Origin: Longimicrobiales bacterium
Lineage (GTDB): Bacteria; Gemmatimonadota; Gemmatimonadetes; Longimicrobiales; Gaopeijiaceae
Reading direction: 5' to 3'
Length of the DNA: 64,000 bases
Assembly: GCA_965248195.1 (NCBI GenBank)
Contig: CBDFIQ010000001.1
Location: forward strand, 1,088,001-1,152,000
The stretch's first letter is position 1. Every line of letters begins with the position of its first letter. Under the pieces are notes generated by a model. That model saw nothing but the letters and a program-made list of their open reading frames with translations. It had not been told where the DNA came from and ran no database searches. Below are positions 36,798-46,790 of this stretch, one piece after another. Position numbers and translations under genes: made by a program.

Positions 36798-38423
36798 TTA
36801 CCGTCCGATCTCGTCGGCGTCCACCGTCACCGGTCTCGTTGGGGGCCTGCTCACCGCCTCCAAGAATGCGTCCCCGTACCGTTCGAGCTTCAGCGGCCCA
36901 ACGCCCGAGACGGCCAGGAGCTCCTCCGGTGTGGAGGGACGTCCCTCGGCCATGGCACGCAGGGTCTTGTCGTTGAAAACGATGTAGGCCGGCACACCTT
37001 GGTGGTCCGCAATGGACTTGCGAAGCTCTCGCAGGTTCTGAAACAGGACCTCCCCCTCGTCAGAGAGTGGCCCCGGTTCGGCGACTCGATCATATGACTT
37101 CGAGGATCGCCGTCGGGGGCTCATCGCGGTGGCCGCCATCATCCCCTCCGCCGCCAAGTCCTCCGCCTTCACACCCGTGCACCAATCGCAGGACGTGCCA
37201 CAAGGTTCGATTTCCTCGCCGAAGTGGCCGAGGATTTTCCCGTGGCGGCATCCGCCGTTCTCCACCAACCGGAAAAAAGACTTGGCCGCCTCGACCTTGG
37301 TCCAGAACAGGTCGGGGTCGTCGATGTCGCTCAGGAATCGCTCCTGGAGCTTCACATCGGCCCAGGAATAGAAGAGAAAGCAGTCGCTTTCCAGCCCGTC
37401 CCTACCCGCGCGGCCCATCTCCTGATACCAGGACTCCACGTCCTTGGGCATGTCCCGATGGATGATGAAGCGCACATTCGACTTGTCGATTCCCATGCCG
37501 AAGGCGATGGTCGCGACGATCACGTCGGTGTCGTCCCGCGCGAACGCGTCCTGGTTCGCCGCCCGATCGGCGTCTTCCATTCCCGCGTGATACGGCAACG
37601 CCCGTACCCCCTGATCACTGAGGAAATCGGCCATCTGATCGACCGCCTTCCGCGAAGCGCAGTACAGGATGCCGCTCTGCCCCGACCGTGCCTGGATCAG
37701 CCCTGCGATCTCGCGGCGCGTGGGTCCCGTACCCTTCCTCCTGCAGTAGATGTTCAGGTTGGGGCGGAAGAACGAGCCCTTGAAGCCGGCCGGCTTGCTC
37801 ATGTCGAGTTGCCGGATGATGTCGCGAGCCACGACGTTGGTGGCGGTTGCAGTGAGCGCCAGCACGGGTACACCCGGTAACGCCTCCCGGAGCCTTTGCA
37901 GCCGCCGGTACGACGGTCGGAAGTCGTGGCCCCATTGGCTGATGCAGTGGGCCTCGTCGACGACGAGCAGCGAGAGCGGCCAGTTTCCGGCCTCCCGGCT
38001 CAAGCGGCCGTCGAGTCCTTCCGGGGCCAGATAGACGAGCTCGTACTCGCCGGCTCTGAGCGCCTGGAGTCTCCGCTCTCGCTCGCCCGGCTCCAACGAC
38101 GAGTTGATCGCAGCGGCCCGAAAGCCCAGCTCGTTGAGTGCATCCACCTGGTCCTTCATGAGGGAAATCAGCGGCGACACCACGAGCACCGTGCCGTCCA
38201 ACATGCGGGCCGGCACCTGAAACGTCAGAGATTTGCCAGCGCCGGTGGGCATGAGCGCGATGCAGTCCCGGCCGTCGACCACGGCCTCGATGACTTCTAG
38301 CTGGCCCGGGCGGAAGTCCTCGTAGCCGAATACGTCGCGAAGAATGCCGAGGGGCGTGGCCGTCGGGTCGGGGGCGATCGGGGACTCCGTGTCCGGGTAG
38401 CGGATGCGAGCCCCAACGTACAC
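36798..38423 (-). CDS. recQ: RecQ-family DNA helicase (start uncertain)
   Basis: [35 protein letters not shown], Zn-binding Cys cluster, HRDC. Confidence 0.92.
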   Translation of the reverse strand: MYVGARIRYPDTESPIAPDPTATPLGILRDVFGYEDFRPGQLEVIEAVVDGRDCIALMPTGAGKSLTFQVPARMLDGTVLVVSPLISLMKDQVDALNELGFRAAAINSSLEPGERERRLQALRAGEYELVYLAPEGLDGRLSREAGNWPLSLLVVDEAHCISQWGHDFRPSYRRLQRLREALPGVPVLALTATATNVVARDIIRQLDMSKPAGFKGSFFRPNLNIYCRRKGTGPTRREIAGLIQARSGQSGILYCASRKAVDQMADFLSDQGVRALPYHAGMEDADRAANQDAFARDDTDVIVATIAFGMGIDKSNVRFIIHRDMPKDVESWYQEMGRAGRDGLESDCFLFYSWADVKLQERFLSDIDDPDLFWTKVEAAKSFFRLVENGGCRHGKILGHFGEEIEPCGTSCDWCTGVKAEDLAAEGMMAATAMSPRRRSSKSYDRVAEPGPLSDEGEVLFQNLRELRKSIADHQGVPAYIVFNDKTLRAMAEGRPSTPEELLAVSGVGPLKLERYGDAFLEAVSRPPTRPVTVDADEIGR

Positions 38424-38476
38424 GAATGCATGGGGCGGGGAGAGGGGTGGGTGGGTCTGATTGCGGGCACCGCTCC

Positions 38477-39163
38477 CTATCGCTCCGGAATCCGAGCCAC
38501 CCAGATGAGGTGCCGAGCGCCCTTCCCCCGGTGCGCCCGCACCACGACCTCCTCCACTGCGAAACCGGCCTGGCCTAGGCGTTTCGTGAACGAGCGATCC
38601 GGCCCGGCCGACCACACCGCGAGCACGCCCTTGGGCCGGAGCGCGTTGTAGGACGCGTTCAGCCCGGCTCTCGAGTAGAGCCAATTGTTGGCCTCTTGGG
38701 TCAATCCCTCCGGGCCGTTGTCGACGTCCAACAAGATGGCGTCGAAGGACCGCGGCTCCGCCCTCAGAATGAGGGAGACGTCGACCTCCTGCACTGTGAC
38801 CCGCCCGTCCCGGAGAGGATGACCGGCGTGCTCGCCGAGAGGGCCCCGGTTCCACTCGACCACAGCAGGCACCAACTCGGCCATCACCACTTCCGCGTCG
38901 GGCCCGAGGTGGCGCAGCGCCGCAGCCAACGTGAAGCCAACGCCCAGGCCGCCGATCAGCACGCGGGGCCGCTCGCACAAGGCGACCTCGGGGCAGGTGA
39001 GGTCCGCCAGCGCCTCCGCCGACCCGTGGGTCCGAGTGCTCATCAGGTCCTGGCCGCCCACGACCTTGATCACGAAGTCCTCGCCGTGCTGGTAGAGCGC
39101 GAGCTCACCCCCGTCGCCCGGGATCGGTGCGGTATCGAGTAATTTCACTCGGGTCCTAGACAT
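38477..39163 (-). CDS. spermidine-synthase-like SAM-binding protein
   Basis: [22 protein letters not shown]. Confidence 0.85.
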   Translation of the reverse strand: MSRTRVKLLDTAPIPGDGGELALYQHGEDFVIKVVGGQDLMSTRTHGSAEALADLTCPEVALCERPRVLIGGLGVGFTLAAALRHLGPDAEVVMAELVPAVVEWNRGPLGEHAGHPLRDGRVTVQEVDVSLILRAEPRSFDAILLDVDNGPEGLTQEANNWLYSRAGLNASYNALRPKGVLAVWSAGPDRSFTKRLGQAGFAVEEVVVRAHRGKGARHLIWVARIPER

Positions 39164-39370
39164 GTCAGGCCGAGCCCGGCTCGTGTGGTTCCTCCGCCTC
39201 CTGCGGCGAGAACAGTTTACCTATACAGGGAGCGTCAATCCACCGGTGACGATGAGGCGCCACGGCCCACACAGCCTGGCCCGAGTTCTAACCTTCCTCC
39301 ATCTTCCAGTGCGGACTCCGCATGCTACGGGTCCCTCTCCTATGAGCTTTTCGAACCCACAGGGCGCCCA

Positions 39371-40057
39371 TTGGCCAACCTGAGTCCGTCGGAGACCGAA
39401 GGCTCCCTGCGGTGGCGCTCCTGGATTTCCAGGGTGCTGGTGGAGTCGGTGCTGGTGGTCGGGAGCATACTCCTAGCCCTCGGCCTCGACGAGTGGAGCG
39501 AGGATCGGGAGTTCGAGGATCTTGCAAGCCGCTCGCTGGTCAACTTTGAACGGGAAATCCAGCAAAACCGCCTCCGTGTGGAGGACGTCGCCCTATTCCA
39601 TGCCGGGCTTCGGGACGTTCTGGCCAATATGGACGCCGGCGGCGAGGCCGTGCCTACGACCACCATCCGAAACATCATGGAGGGCTTTCAGCCCGCCCTT
39701 CTGGTCAGCACGGCGTGGGAAACGGCAGTTGCAACCGGCGCCTTGGGATACATGGATTACGATGTCGTTGCCGGCCTCTCGCTTACCTACAACATGCAGG
39801 GGCGTCTGGCGACCCTGAACCAATCGGGGCTGAATGATCTTCTGGTGGGAGGGTTCCGAAGCGGGGAAGCGGATTTGCTGGTCTATGCGGCCAACCGCTA
39901 CATGCGGGAGTTGACGGAGGCGGAGCAGCGGCTCCAGGGGGTCTACGACCTGGTGCTCGGCCTCATCGCAGAAACGATCGGAGAGCGCCAAGACACCGCT
40001 GTGGAGGCAGACCCAACGGCACGGGCAGACGCGACGGCACGGGCAGACGCTCCTTAG
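39371..40057 (+). CDS. membrane-anchored helical protein (start uncertain)
   Basis: ESVLVVGSILLALGLDEW, AWETAVATG; resembles the cassette gene at 15490-16197. Confidence 0.65.
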   Translation: MANLSPSETEGSLRWRSWISRVLVESVLVVGSILLALGLDEWSEDREFEDLASRSLVNFEREIQQNRLRVEDVALFHAGLRDVLANMDAGGEAVPTTTIRNIMEGFQPALLVSTAWETAVATGALGYMDYDVVAGLSLTYNMQGRLATLNQSGLNDLLVGGFRSGEADLLVYAANRYMRELTEAEQRLQGVYDLVLGLIAETIGERQDTAVEADPTARADATARADAP

Positions 40058-40070
40058 GGGGGTCCGCCCG

Positions 40071-40562
40071 TCAATTCAGCGGATAGCCCTCATCGCCGGG
40101 CAGCCTTCCGTCGATACGGATTACCTTGAGGTCGGGGCCCACCTCAGACATCGGCACGAATCCGATGGATCCGGGAATGACCGCACCCAGATCTCGGAGC
40201 ATGTCTGTGCTGAACACGATTTTGGGCCCCGACGCCACCTCGCTGCGAAACATCTTCGCGATCCAGTACTGTCGGTAGCGGTCCTCGCTCATGCCGTAGA
40301 CTGCGGTCAAGACCAGGTCGCGCTCGGGCGCGATCGCAGCCCTCACTAGGAGCGTGATCCGCGAGCGATCCCGCCAATGCTGCTGTTCCGCCAGGAAGAT
40401 GCTCTTGAGCTGGGTGAGCGACAGATCGTCGACGGCGACCTGCGGATGGACGACGATGGCAACAGCCTCCCGCGTCGCGACCTGTGCCTCGACCAGAGAA
40501 GCCATCGCACCCGGCGCCGCGATCGTGACCAAGGCCACGACAGTTGCCCGCACCATACTCAC
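40071..40562 (-). CDS. phosphate-binding-protein-like periplasmic protein
   Basis: AIVVHP..LS..QLKSIF, PGSIGFV, IDGRLPG..YPL. Confidence 0.7.
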   Translation of the reverse strand: MSMVRATVVALVTIAAPGAMASLVEAQVATREAVAIVVHPQVAVDDLSLTQLKSIFLAEQQHWRDRSRITLLVRAAIAPERDLVLTAVYGMSEDRYRQYWIAKMFRSEVASGPKIVFSTDMLRDLGAVIPGSIGFVPMSEVGPDLKVIRIDGRLPGDEGYPLN

Positions 40563-41638
40563 CCCCCTCGAGAGCCGGCCAGAACGAAGCTGGCTTGTGC
40601 GTAGAGACTGCTCGTTTCGGGCAGCCCCTCGAACTGTTCGTAGCGATACTCCAAGCGCAGAGCCAGGAAAACCCCGGGATCATACCGGACTCCGGCCACG
40701 ACCCCGTCGTAGTTCAAGCCCAGAGGCCCGAAAACGTACGCGTCGAAAGGTACGACGACCTGCTCGATCCTGACGTAAGGCTTCAGTGAAATGGCCGAGC
40801 CACGCAGCCGGTACCCGAACTGGACGTAGTACCCATTTGAGCCGGGGAAGTCTCCGGCGCCGGTCACGGGGTCATGGGTCACGTGGGCGTATTCGGCGAG
40901 GATCTCGGGACCGCCGCGGTCCAACGCAGCGTGCAGCGAGTAGATCCGTTCATCGGCATCGCTCCCGTCGGGTGCCAGAAGTCGGTCGCTGTAAAAGCTC
41001 GCGCCGAGCTCCAGTCCGGCGATCGAGACCGGTCGCGACCGTATCCGCGCCACCCACGCAAGTTGGTCGTTGACGTCGCCGGCGTCCCCGGCACGCGCGC
41101 TGTTGGCGGCCCTCCCGTTGCCGATTCCCAGTCTATAGCCGAGCCCCAGCGGGGAGGCCGGCATTCCACCTTCGACGATGAGGCCCACGAAGTGGGTCGG
41201 GATGAAGCGGCTCCCGAACTTGATCATCTCGGGCCGCGCCACCGAGGTCTGTAGCCAGGACCCATGGTGGAACGCCGTGTTCCAATACCCCACCGGCGTG
41301 TGGAACCGACCCGCGGAGACCTTGAGAATATCGGTGAAATCGTACCGAACCAGGGCACGCTCGACCTCGATCGAATAGCCGTTGTCCCTGCCCGTGACCG
41401 AGACCTCGCCAAAAAACGTGAACCGCTCGTCGATGTCGGCAATCACGTGGCCCACCATCTGGCCCATGCGGAACCCTTCTTGGCGATCCAACTCGGTCAC
41501 CAGATAGTTGAAGTCACCGAACCCCATGACCCGAACGAGGGGGTCATCGAGCGCCTGGCCGGTGAGCCCCACGGCGGGCGAAAGAACTATGACGAGTACG
41601 CCTAACCAGGATCCACGCATGGCTTGGGCTCTCAGCAC
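40559..41638 (-). CDS. outer-membrane porin-like protein
   Basis: Signal peptide; VERALVRY, GRFHTPVGYWN; alternating beta strands; overlaps the next gene. Confidence 0.7.
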   Translation of the reverse strand: MLRAQAMRGSWLGVLVIVLSPAVGLTGQALDDPLVRVMGFGDFNYLVTELDRQEGFRMGQMVGHVIADIDERFTFFGEVSVTGRDNGYSIEVERALVRYDFTDILKVSAGRFHTPVGYWNTAFHHGSWLQTSVARPEMIKFGSRFIPTHFVGLIVEGGMPASPLGLGYRLGIGNGRAANSARAGDAGDVNDQLAWVARIRSRPVSIAGLELGASFYSDRLLAPDGSDADERIYSLHAALDRGGPEILAEYAHVTHDPVTGAGDFPGSNGYYVQFGYRLRGSAISLKPYVRIEQVVVPFDAYVFGPLGLNYDGVVAGVRYDPGVFLALRLEYRYEQFEGLPETSSLYAQASFVLAGSRGG

Positions 41639-41792
41639 CTATTGAGGTTGTCTTGAATTGAGGTCGTCTTGAAACACGGTTCCGTGCCGTGCCGAACCTT
41701 GCACGACCCCGGCCGACTCTCGGCCCGGGACCCACGCTACGTGAGCATCGGACCCTTAGCAACATCCCGGTGCGTTCAGCCTGGGAAAGCCC

Positions 41793-43283
41793 TCAATCGG
41801 CGAAGCGGTTCACCCTCCAACGCCGCTTCCCGTCCCAATCGACCCATCCCCGGTCCTCCCCGGAACCCTTTCCAATGAGTCGCCGGCGATTGAACTCGGG
41901 GCGAGGGCCGTTGCCCGTCACCCCGAAGAGGAACTTCGCTCCTCGTCCAACTCCGTGCGAGCTCACGCCGATGCCCTGATACCTCAACGGTTCCGCGAAT
42001 CGGTAGCGTCCCAGTTCGGTCCAATCGTGCCCGTCGACGGAGCCCCATGCCCGGGCCCCATGCCCTTCTTGGCTCACGCTGAGCTTGACGAAAACGAGTG
42101 TGTCCGCGTCGAAGAGTCCCTCAGGGCCAAGCGTTTTCTCCCGCGCCATCGTTGGACCCTCGGGCGCGACGCGGTACTGGATGCGGAGCCCGTGGTGCTC
42201 CCCCACGCGGAATACGCCGAAGTAGGGGGAATTCCTCGCGAGAGAAGATCGGGCCAGCACGCCTCCCTTGACCCAATCATCGACCTTGGAGTTCGGACCC
42301 GAGATATGGAACGTGTACTGATTGTTCAAGTGGTCTGAGCAGTCCCGGTAATGATACAGAAAGCTGTCCCGTTTCCCCCAAATATCCTCAGAGCGCGCCC
42401 ACACTCCGCACACCTCGCCCGCCTCCGTGACAGATGGCGTGTAGCCCCGCAGGGCCTGGAAGGGGAAGCCGGTGCTCCGACGAGTCCTCGACCACGGGTC
42501 CACGCGAGTGTTCACATGGTCGGTCGCGATGTGGTGGCAGTCGTGATCGATCGCGGACTGCCATCGTTCCTCGGTGTCGACGTAATAGGCACGAGAGATC
42601 AGGCCCGCCTCATGAACGTTTTTCGCGAAGCGCACATTCTGGCCGTTCATATTGTAGAAGACGATGTGCGGCTCCGCTGGGACCTCGCTGGCATTCGACA
42701 TGGAGGTGGACAGGAAAGCCACCCGTCCGTTTGCTGAACCGGAGTTCGCGTAGGTACCCAGCTCGTCCTCTCCCCCAGTGAGCACGAAGAGGAATTTCCC
42801 CCTCAGCTCCTCGAGGGTCGGCCATCCTTGGGCCGCCACCGCCTCCTGGAGTGACCCAGCTCCCGGATCCCGAGCCAGCAAGTCCTGCGGTCGGTAGATG
42901 TGGTCTTCGCCGAGGGCGTCAATGAGAAGGCCGTCGAATACGGCGGCTGATTGCGACGCCGACGCCGTCGTATGAAAGCGGTCTTTGATGTCGAGGAAGA
43001 CCGTCATCACTTCGTGCTGTGGCATCGCCCGTCGGATCCCGCTGCAGATTTGAAGGAATCCGGTAAACCGGTCCACCGAAGTGTCGGGGTCGATGACCGC
43101 CACGTGATAGATGTACCAGTCCTTCTTCAGGGGATCTCGGAAGGGTTTACCACGGTGCAGGTCGATCTCGAGCGAGCGGATTCTCCAGTACACGACTTGG
43201 TCGTAGATGCCCTCGAACCGCTGAAACGCGTTGTGACTCGACGTCTGGCGAACCTCGTTGTAGCGCAGATCCTCGTATGACAT
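41793..43283 (-). CDS. PI-PLC-like phosphodiesterase with a C-terminal beta-sandwich
   Basis: SHNAF, IRSLEIDLH, GWPTLEELRGKFLF, HIATD; DIWG..DSF and W.KGG..R.S. Confidence 0.75.
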   Translation of the reverse strand: MSYEDLRYNEVRQTSSHNAFQRFEGIYDQVVYWRIRSLEIDLHRGKPFRDPLKKDWYIYHVAVIDPDTSVDRFTGFLQICSGIRRAMPQHEVMTVFLDIKDRFHTTASASQSAAVFDGLLIDALGEDHIYRPQDLLARDPGAGSLQEAVAAQGWPTLEELRGKFLFVLTGGEDELGTYANSGSANGRVAFLSTSMSNASEVPAEPHIVFYNMNGQNVRFAKNVHEAGLISRAYYVDTEERWQSAIDHDCHHIATDHVNTRVDPWSRTRRSTGFPFQALRGYTPSVTEAGEVCGVWARSEDIWGKRDSFLYHYRDCSDHLNNQYTFHISGPNSKVDDWVKGGVLARSSLARNSPYFGVFRVGEHHGLRIQYRVAPEGPTMAREKTLGPEGLFDADTLVFVKLSVSQEGHGARAWGSVDGHDWTELGRYRFAEPLRYQGIGVSSHGVGRGAKFLFGVTGNGPRPEFNRRRLIGKGSGEDRGWVDWDGKRRWRVNRFAD

Positions 43284-43527
43284 GGTATAGCCCTTCTCTC
43301 AGCGGGCGGTGGCTTATAGTCGAGCTCCGGATAGGCCGGGCTCCGGAGGTGTGTGGGGTCGATCCCCGGAGCCCAGTGTTGGCCTGCGCACCGTCTTTGT
43401 ACAGCCCTGGCCGCGCGAATCTCGCCGTTGGATCGGACGCTCTACGTCGGTGGCGTGGTTTTGGGAGTGCGGGTAGCTTGCCTACCGTCTTCTAACAGGG
43501 AGCCGAGCCAGCGGGGTTGGAGCAAGC

Positions 43528-44163
43528 ATGACAAGCACTTTGGCGAGACCGGGAGAGGAGCTCGCGAACAGTCTCAGCCACGGTGTGGGCTTCATATGCG
43601 CCGTGGCGGCGACGCCGATTCTCATCATCGGCGCCGTGAACCATGGGAGCGCCGCCGACGTGGTCGGCAGTAGCGTCTTCGGGGCGACGATGATGCTGCT
43701 CTATCTTGCCTCCACCTGGTATCACGCTGTGCCGACAGGCCGACTCAAGGAACGGCTCCATAGGCTCGATCATGCCGCGATCTACCTACTCATCGCCGGG
43801 ACGTACACGCCTTTCACTCTTGGTGTCCTGGGCGGAGCATGGGGGTGGACTCTGTTCGGTATCGTGTGGAGTGCCGCCGCGGTCGGAGTGTGCGACAAGC
43901 TGATCGCCGGTATTCGCCATCCTCATCTGTCCACGGCCCTGTACCTGATCATGGGTTGGGCAGTCCTGATCGTGATTCGACCGTTGGTGCTCAACATGCA
44001 GCCCCATGGATTACGATGGCTCGTTGCAGGCGGCGTAGCGTACACCGCGGGTGTGGCGTTCTATTCCGCCCGCCGGCTCCCCTACAACCACTTCGTATGG
44101 CATCTGTTCGTGCTGGCTGGCTCGACCTGCCACTTCTTTTCGGTCCTTTGGTACGCGGCATGA
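43528..44163 (+). CDS. hemolysin III/PAQR membrane protein
   Basis: EELANSLSHG, DHAAIYLLIAGTYTP, HFVWHLFV. Confidence 0.93.
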   Translation: MTSTLARPGEELANSLSHGVGFICAVAATPILIIGAVNHGSAADVVGSSVFGATMMLLYLASTWYHAVPTGRLKERLHRLDHAAIYLLIAGTYTPFTLGVLGGAWGWTLFGIVWSAAAVGVCDKLIAGIRHPHLSTALYLIMGWAVLIVIRPLVLNMQPHGLRWLVAGGVAYTAGVAFYSARRLPYNHFVWHLFVLAGSTCHFFSVLWYAA

Positions 44164-44249
44164 TTCCGAAATCCGTTGGAAGGCTGACTTGGCCGGAAGG
44201 CTGTTGAAGGAGTTCAGACAACAGCCTTCACAAGCCGGAGCGAGTGTTT

Positions 44250-45812
44250 ATGAACCGACCAGAAACGAAGGTCTACCGCCAAGAACTACTCCCGACGCAC
44301 TTCCTGGAACGCGCCGGCCAGGCGTACGGGGATCGCATCGCAGTGGTGGACGGGGAGGTCGAATACTCCTGGCGCGATTTTCGCACACGTGCCAGGCGCT
44401 TCGCGTCCGCACTTCAAGCTCGGGGACTCGAGAGGGGCGATCGGGTCGCGTTTCTCGCGTTGAACTCCGAGCCGTTGCTCCTCGGCCACTACGGTGTGCC
44501 GCTCGCCGGAGGCACGCTCGTGTCCATCAACACGCGCCTGTCGCCTGACGAAATCGGGTACATCATCGAGCAATCGGGATCGACCCAAGTGTTTTTTTCT
44601 CCCGAGCTCCGTGACCAACTCCCGGACACGCTGTCCGGCGTCACGCTGTTCGACACCCGAGAGGGGCTCGAGGATCTGCTGACTCAGGGGGTGGACGAGG
44701 TGGTGCCCACGAACGGGTTCCACGAGGACGAGACCATCACGATCAACTACACGTCCGGGACCACGGGCCGACCCAAGGGCGTCATGTATCATCATCGCGG
44801 CGCGTACTTGAACGCGCTGGCGATGGTCCTCGATCAGGGGCTCAACGCGGACAGTGTGTATCTCTGGACGCTGCCGATGTTCCACTGCAATGGGTGGACG
44901 TTTGCCTGGGGGGTTGCTGCCGTTGGCGCGAAGAGCGTCTGCATTCCGCGGATCGATCCTGCGGACGTGTGGCGAAGGTTCGAGGAGGGTGTCACCCACT
45001 TCTGCGCCGCACCCACGGTGCTCACCATGCTGGTCAACGATCCCGCCGCCCACCGACTCGAGCGACCGGTGCGGCTCTTCACGGCAGGCGCGCCACCGTC
45101 GCCCACGCTCATCGCACAGATGGCCGCCCTCAATTTCGAGCTCGAGCATACGTATGGCCTGACGGAGACCTTTGGTCCGTGTACGATCAACGTCGCGCCA
45201 GCGAATTCGGCGAGTCTGGCGCCGGAGGAACGATCGCGTCACAAGGCACGACAGGGGTTCGGGAATGTCTGCACCGGAGAAGTGGGTGTCGTGGATGCCG
45301 ACATGCAGCCTGTTCCGGCCGATGGCGAGACCATGGGTGAAGTCGTCATGCGCGGCAATATCGTCATGAAGGGCTACCACGACGACGCGGAAGCGACGAA
45401 GCAGGCGTTCGCCGGCGGGTGGTTCCACAGCGGCGACATCGCCGTGCGCCATCCCGACGGCTCGATCGAGCTCCGCGACCGGAAGAAGGACATCATCATC
45501 TCGGGTGGTGAGAACATCAGCACGGTCGAAGTAGAGCAGGCCGTGGTCACACATCCCGCCGTGATGGAGTGTGCCGTCATTCCCATCCCGCACGAAAAAT
45601 GGGGCGAAGTGCCCAAGGCCTTCGTCACTCTGAAGCCGAAGCAGGAGGCCTCACAGGACGAGATCATAGAGCACTGTCGCGGCAAGCTCGCGGGGTTCAA
45701 GGTGCCCAAGGCGGTCGAGTTCGGCGAGCTGCCCAAGACGTCGACTGGGAAGATTCAGAAGTTCCTGCTGCGCAATCGCGAGTGGGAGGGTCACGGGGGG
45801 CGGATCAATTGA
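44250..45812 (+). CDS. AMP-dependent acyl-CoA synthetase
   Basis: YTSGTTGRPKG, YGLTET, WFHSGD, PKTSTGKIQK. Confidence 0.93.
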   Translation: MNRPETKVYRQELLPTHFLERAGQAYGDRIAVVDGEVEYSWRDFRTRARRFASALQARGLERGDRVAFLALNSEPLLLGHYGVPLAGGTLVSINTRLSPDEIGYIIEQSGSTQVFFSPELRDQLPDTLSGVTLFDTREGLEDLLTQGVDEVVPTNGFHEDETITINYTSGTTGRPKGVMYHHRGAYLNALAMVLDQGLNADSVYLWTLPMFHCNGWTFAWGVAAVGAKSVCIPRIDPADVWRRFEEGVTHFCAAPTVLTMLVNDPAAHRLERPVRLFTAGAPPSPTLIAQMAALNFELEHTYGLTETFGPCTINVAPANSASLAPEERSRHKARQGFGNVCTGEVGVVDADMQPVPADGETMGEVVMRGNIVMKGYHDDAEATKQAFAGGWFHSGDIAVRHPDGSIELRDRKKDIIISGGENISTVEVEQAVVTHPAVMECAVIPIPHEKWGEVPKAFVTLKPKQEASQDEIIEHCRGKLAGFKVPKAVEFGELPKTSTGKIQKFLLRNREWEGHGGRIN

Positions 45813-45910
45813 AGGCGTCGCTGGCGCCCGCTCGCACCGGACCCCACGTTGAGTCCCCGCGCAACTCACGCGAGGACCATTGGCGAGTCACCCGCGACAA
45901 GGAGGTTGTC

Positions 45911-46345
45911 ATGACGACGACGCAGCCGATGACGGAAGCCGAGGGGATGCGGAACACCACCAGGCGGGTCTTCGAGGAGATAGTAAACGGGCGAAACCTC
46001 GACCTACTCCCACAGTTGTTCACCGAGGACTTCACATGGCACCTCGGGGCTCTTGACCTCACGGGACTCGACCAAGTCCGTGAGATGATTCAGGGATACC
46101 TCACGGCGTTCCCCGACCTGCGCATGACGGTCGAGCAGCAGATCGTAGAGGGCAACCTTATCGTCAACCGATGGAGGATGACCGGGACACACGACGGTCC
46201 GCTCGAGGCCATCGAGCCGACCGGCAAGAGCATCAACATGACCGGCACACTCATCTCGCGGTTCGAGGGCACGAAGATCGCCGAGGAGTGGGAGAACTTC
46301 GACGAGCTGGGGATGCTCCAGCAGATCGGGGCGATCCCAGAGTAG
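45911..46345 (+). CDS. SnoaL-like ester cyclase
   Basis: AAGGAGG RBS; AFPDL, GTHDG, PTGK, GMLQQIG. Confidence 0.9.
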   Translation: MTTTQPMTEAEGMRNTTRRVFEEIVNGRNLDLLPQLFTEDFTWHLGALDLTGLDQVREMIQGYLTAFPDLRMTVEQQIVEGNLIVNRWRMTGTHDGPLEAIEPTGKSINMTGTLISRFEGTKIAEEWENFDELGMLQQIGAIPE

Positions 46346-46665
46346 GGCGAGAGCCGGCGCGGCCTCTATCCTTTCGGAGGCCCCCGCCTCCGCAGAAAAA
46401 CCGCCGGGAGGGGAAACGCCCCCGGGCGGCTCACGGCCCCGGGGCGCCGTGCGTCCCGCGCCCTTGGGAGCCAGGCACCAAGGCGTATCCGAGTCGCCTT
46501 TTGGACTCCTTCGGACTCCTTCCGGAGCCCGTTCTGAATAGCCCGAATTAACGTTTCTCCCCCGAACGCCATCTCACCCGTGCAGGGGAAGTGACGGAGC
46601 GCCCCGGCAAGGCGTTTTGCCGCGGTTCGGAACAGGTCCGCCGATCATCGAAGAGGCATGAGGAA

Positions 46666-46781
46666 GACGAGCGAGGATGACGGGGATGACGAGCGAGGAT
46701 GACGGGGACGACGAGCGAGGATGACGGGGACGACGAGAGAGGATGACGGGGACGACGAGAGAGGATGACGGGGACGACGAG
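46666..46781 (+). repeat. 5 x 22-bp tandem repeat
   Basis: GACGAG(C/A)GAGGATGACGGGGA(T/C), no spacers. Confidence 0.95.
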
Positions 46782-46790
46782 GAGAGGCCG

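Noticed and set aside
36798..38978. 726-aa RecQ with a long N-terminal extension
   Set aside because: The extension is an alternate frame of the upstream methyltransferase-like gene.
46666..46781. CRISPR array
   Set aside because: Repeats are contiguous with no spacers, and there are no cas genes.
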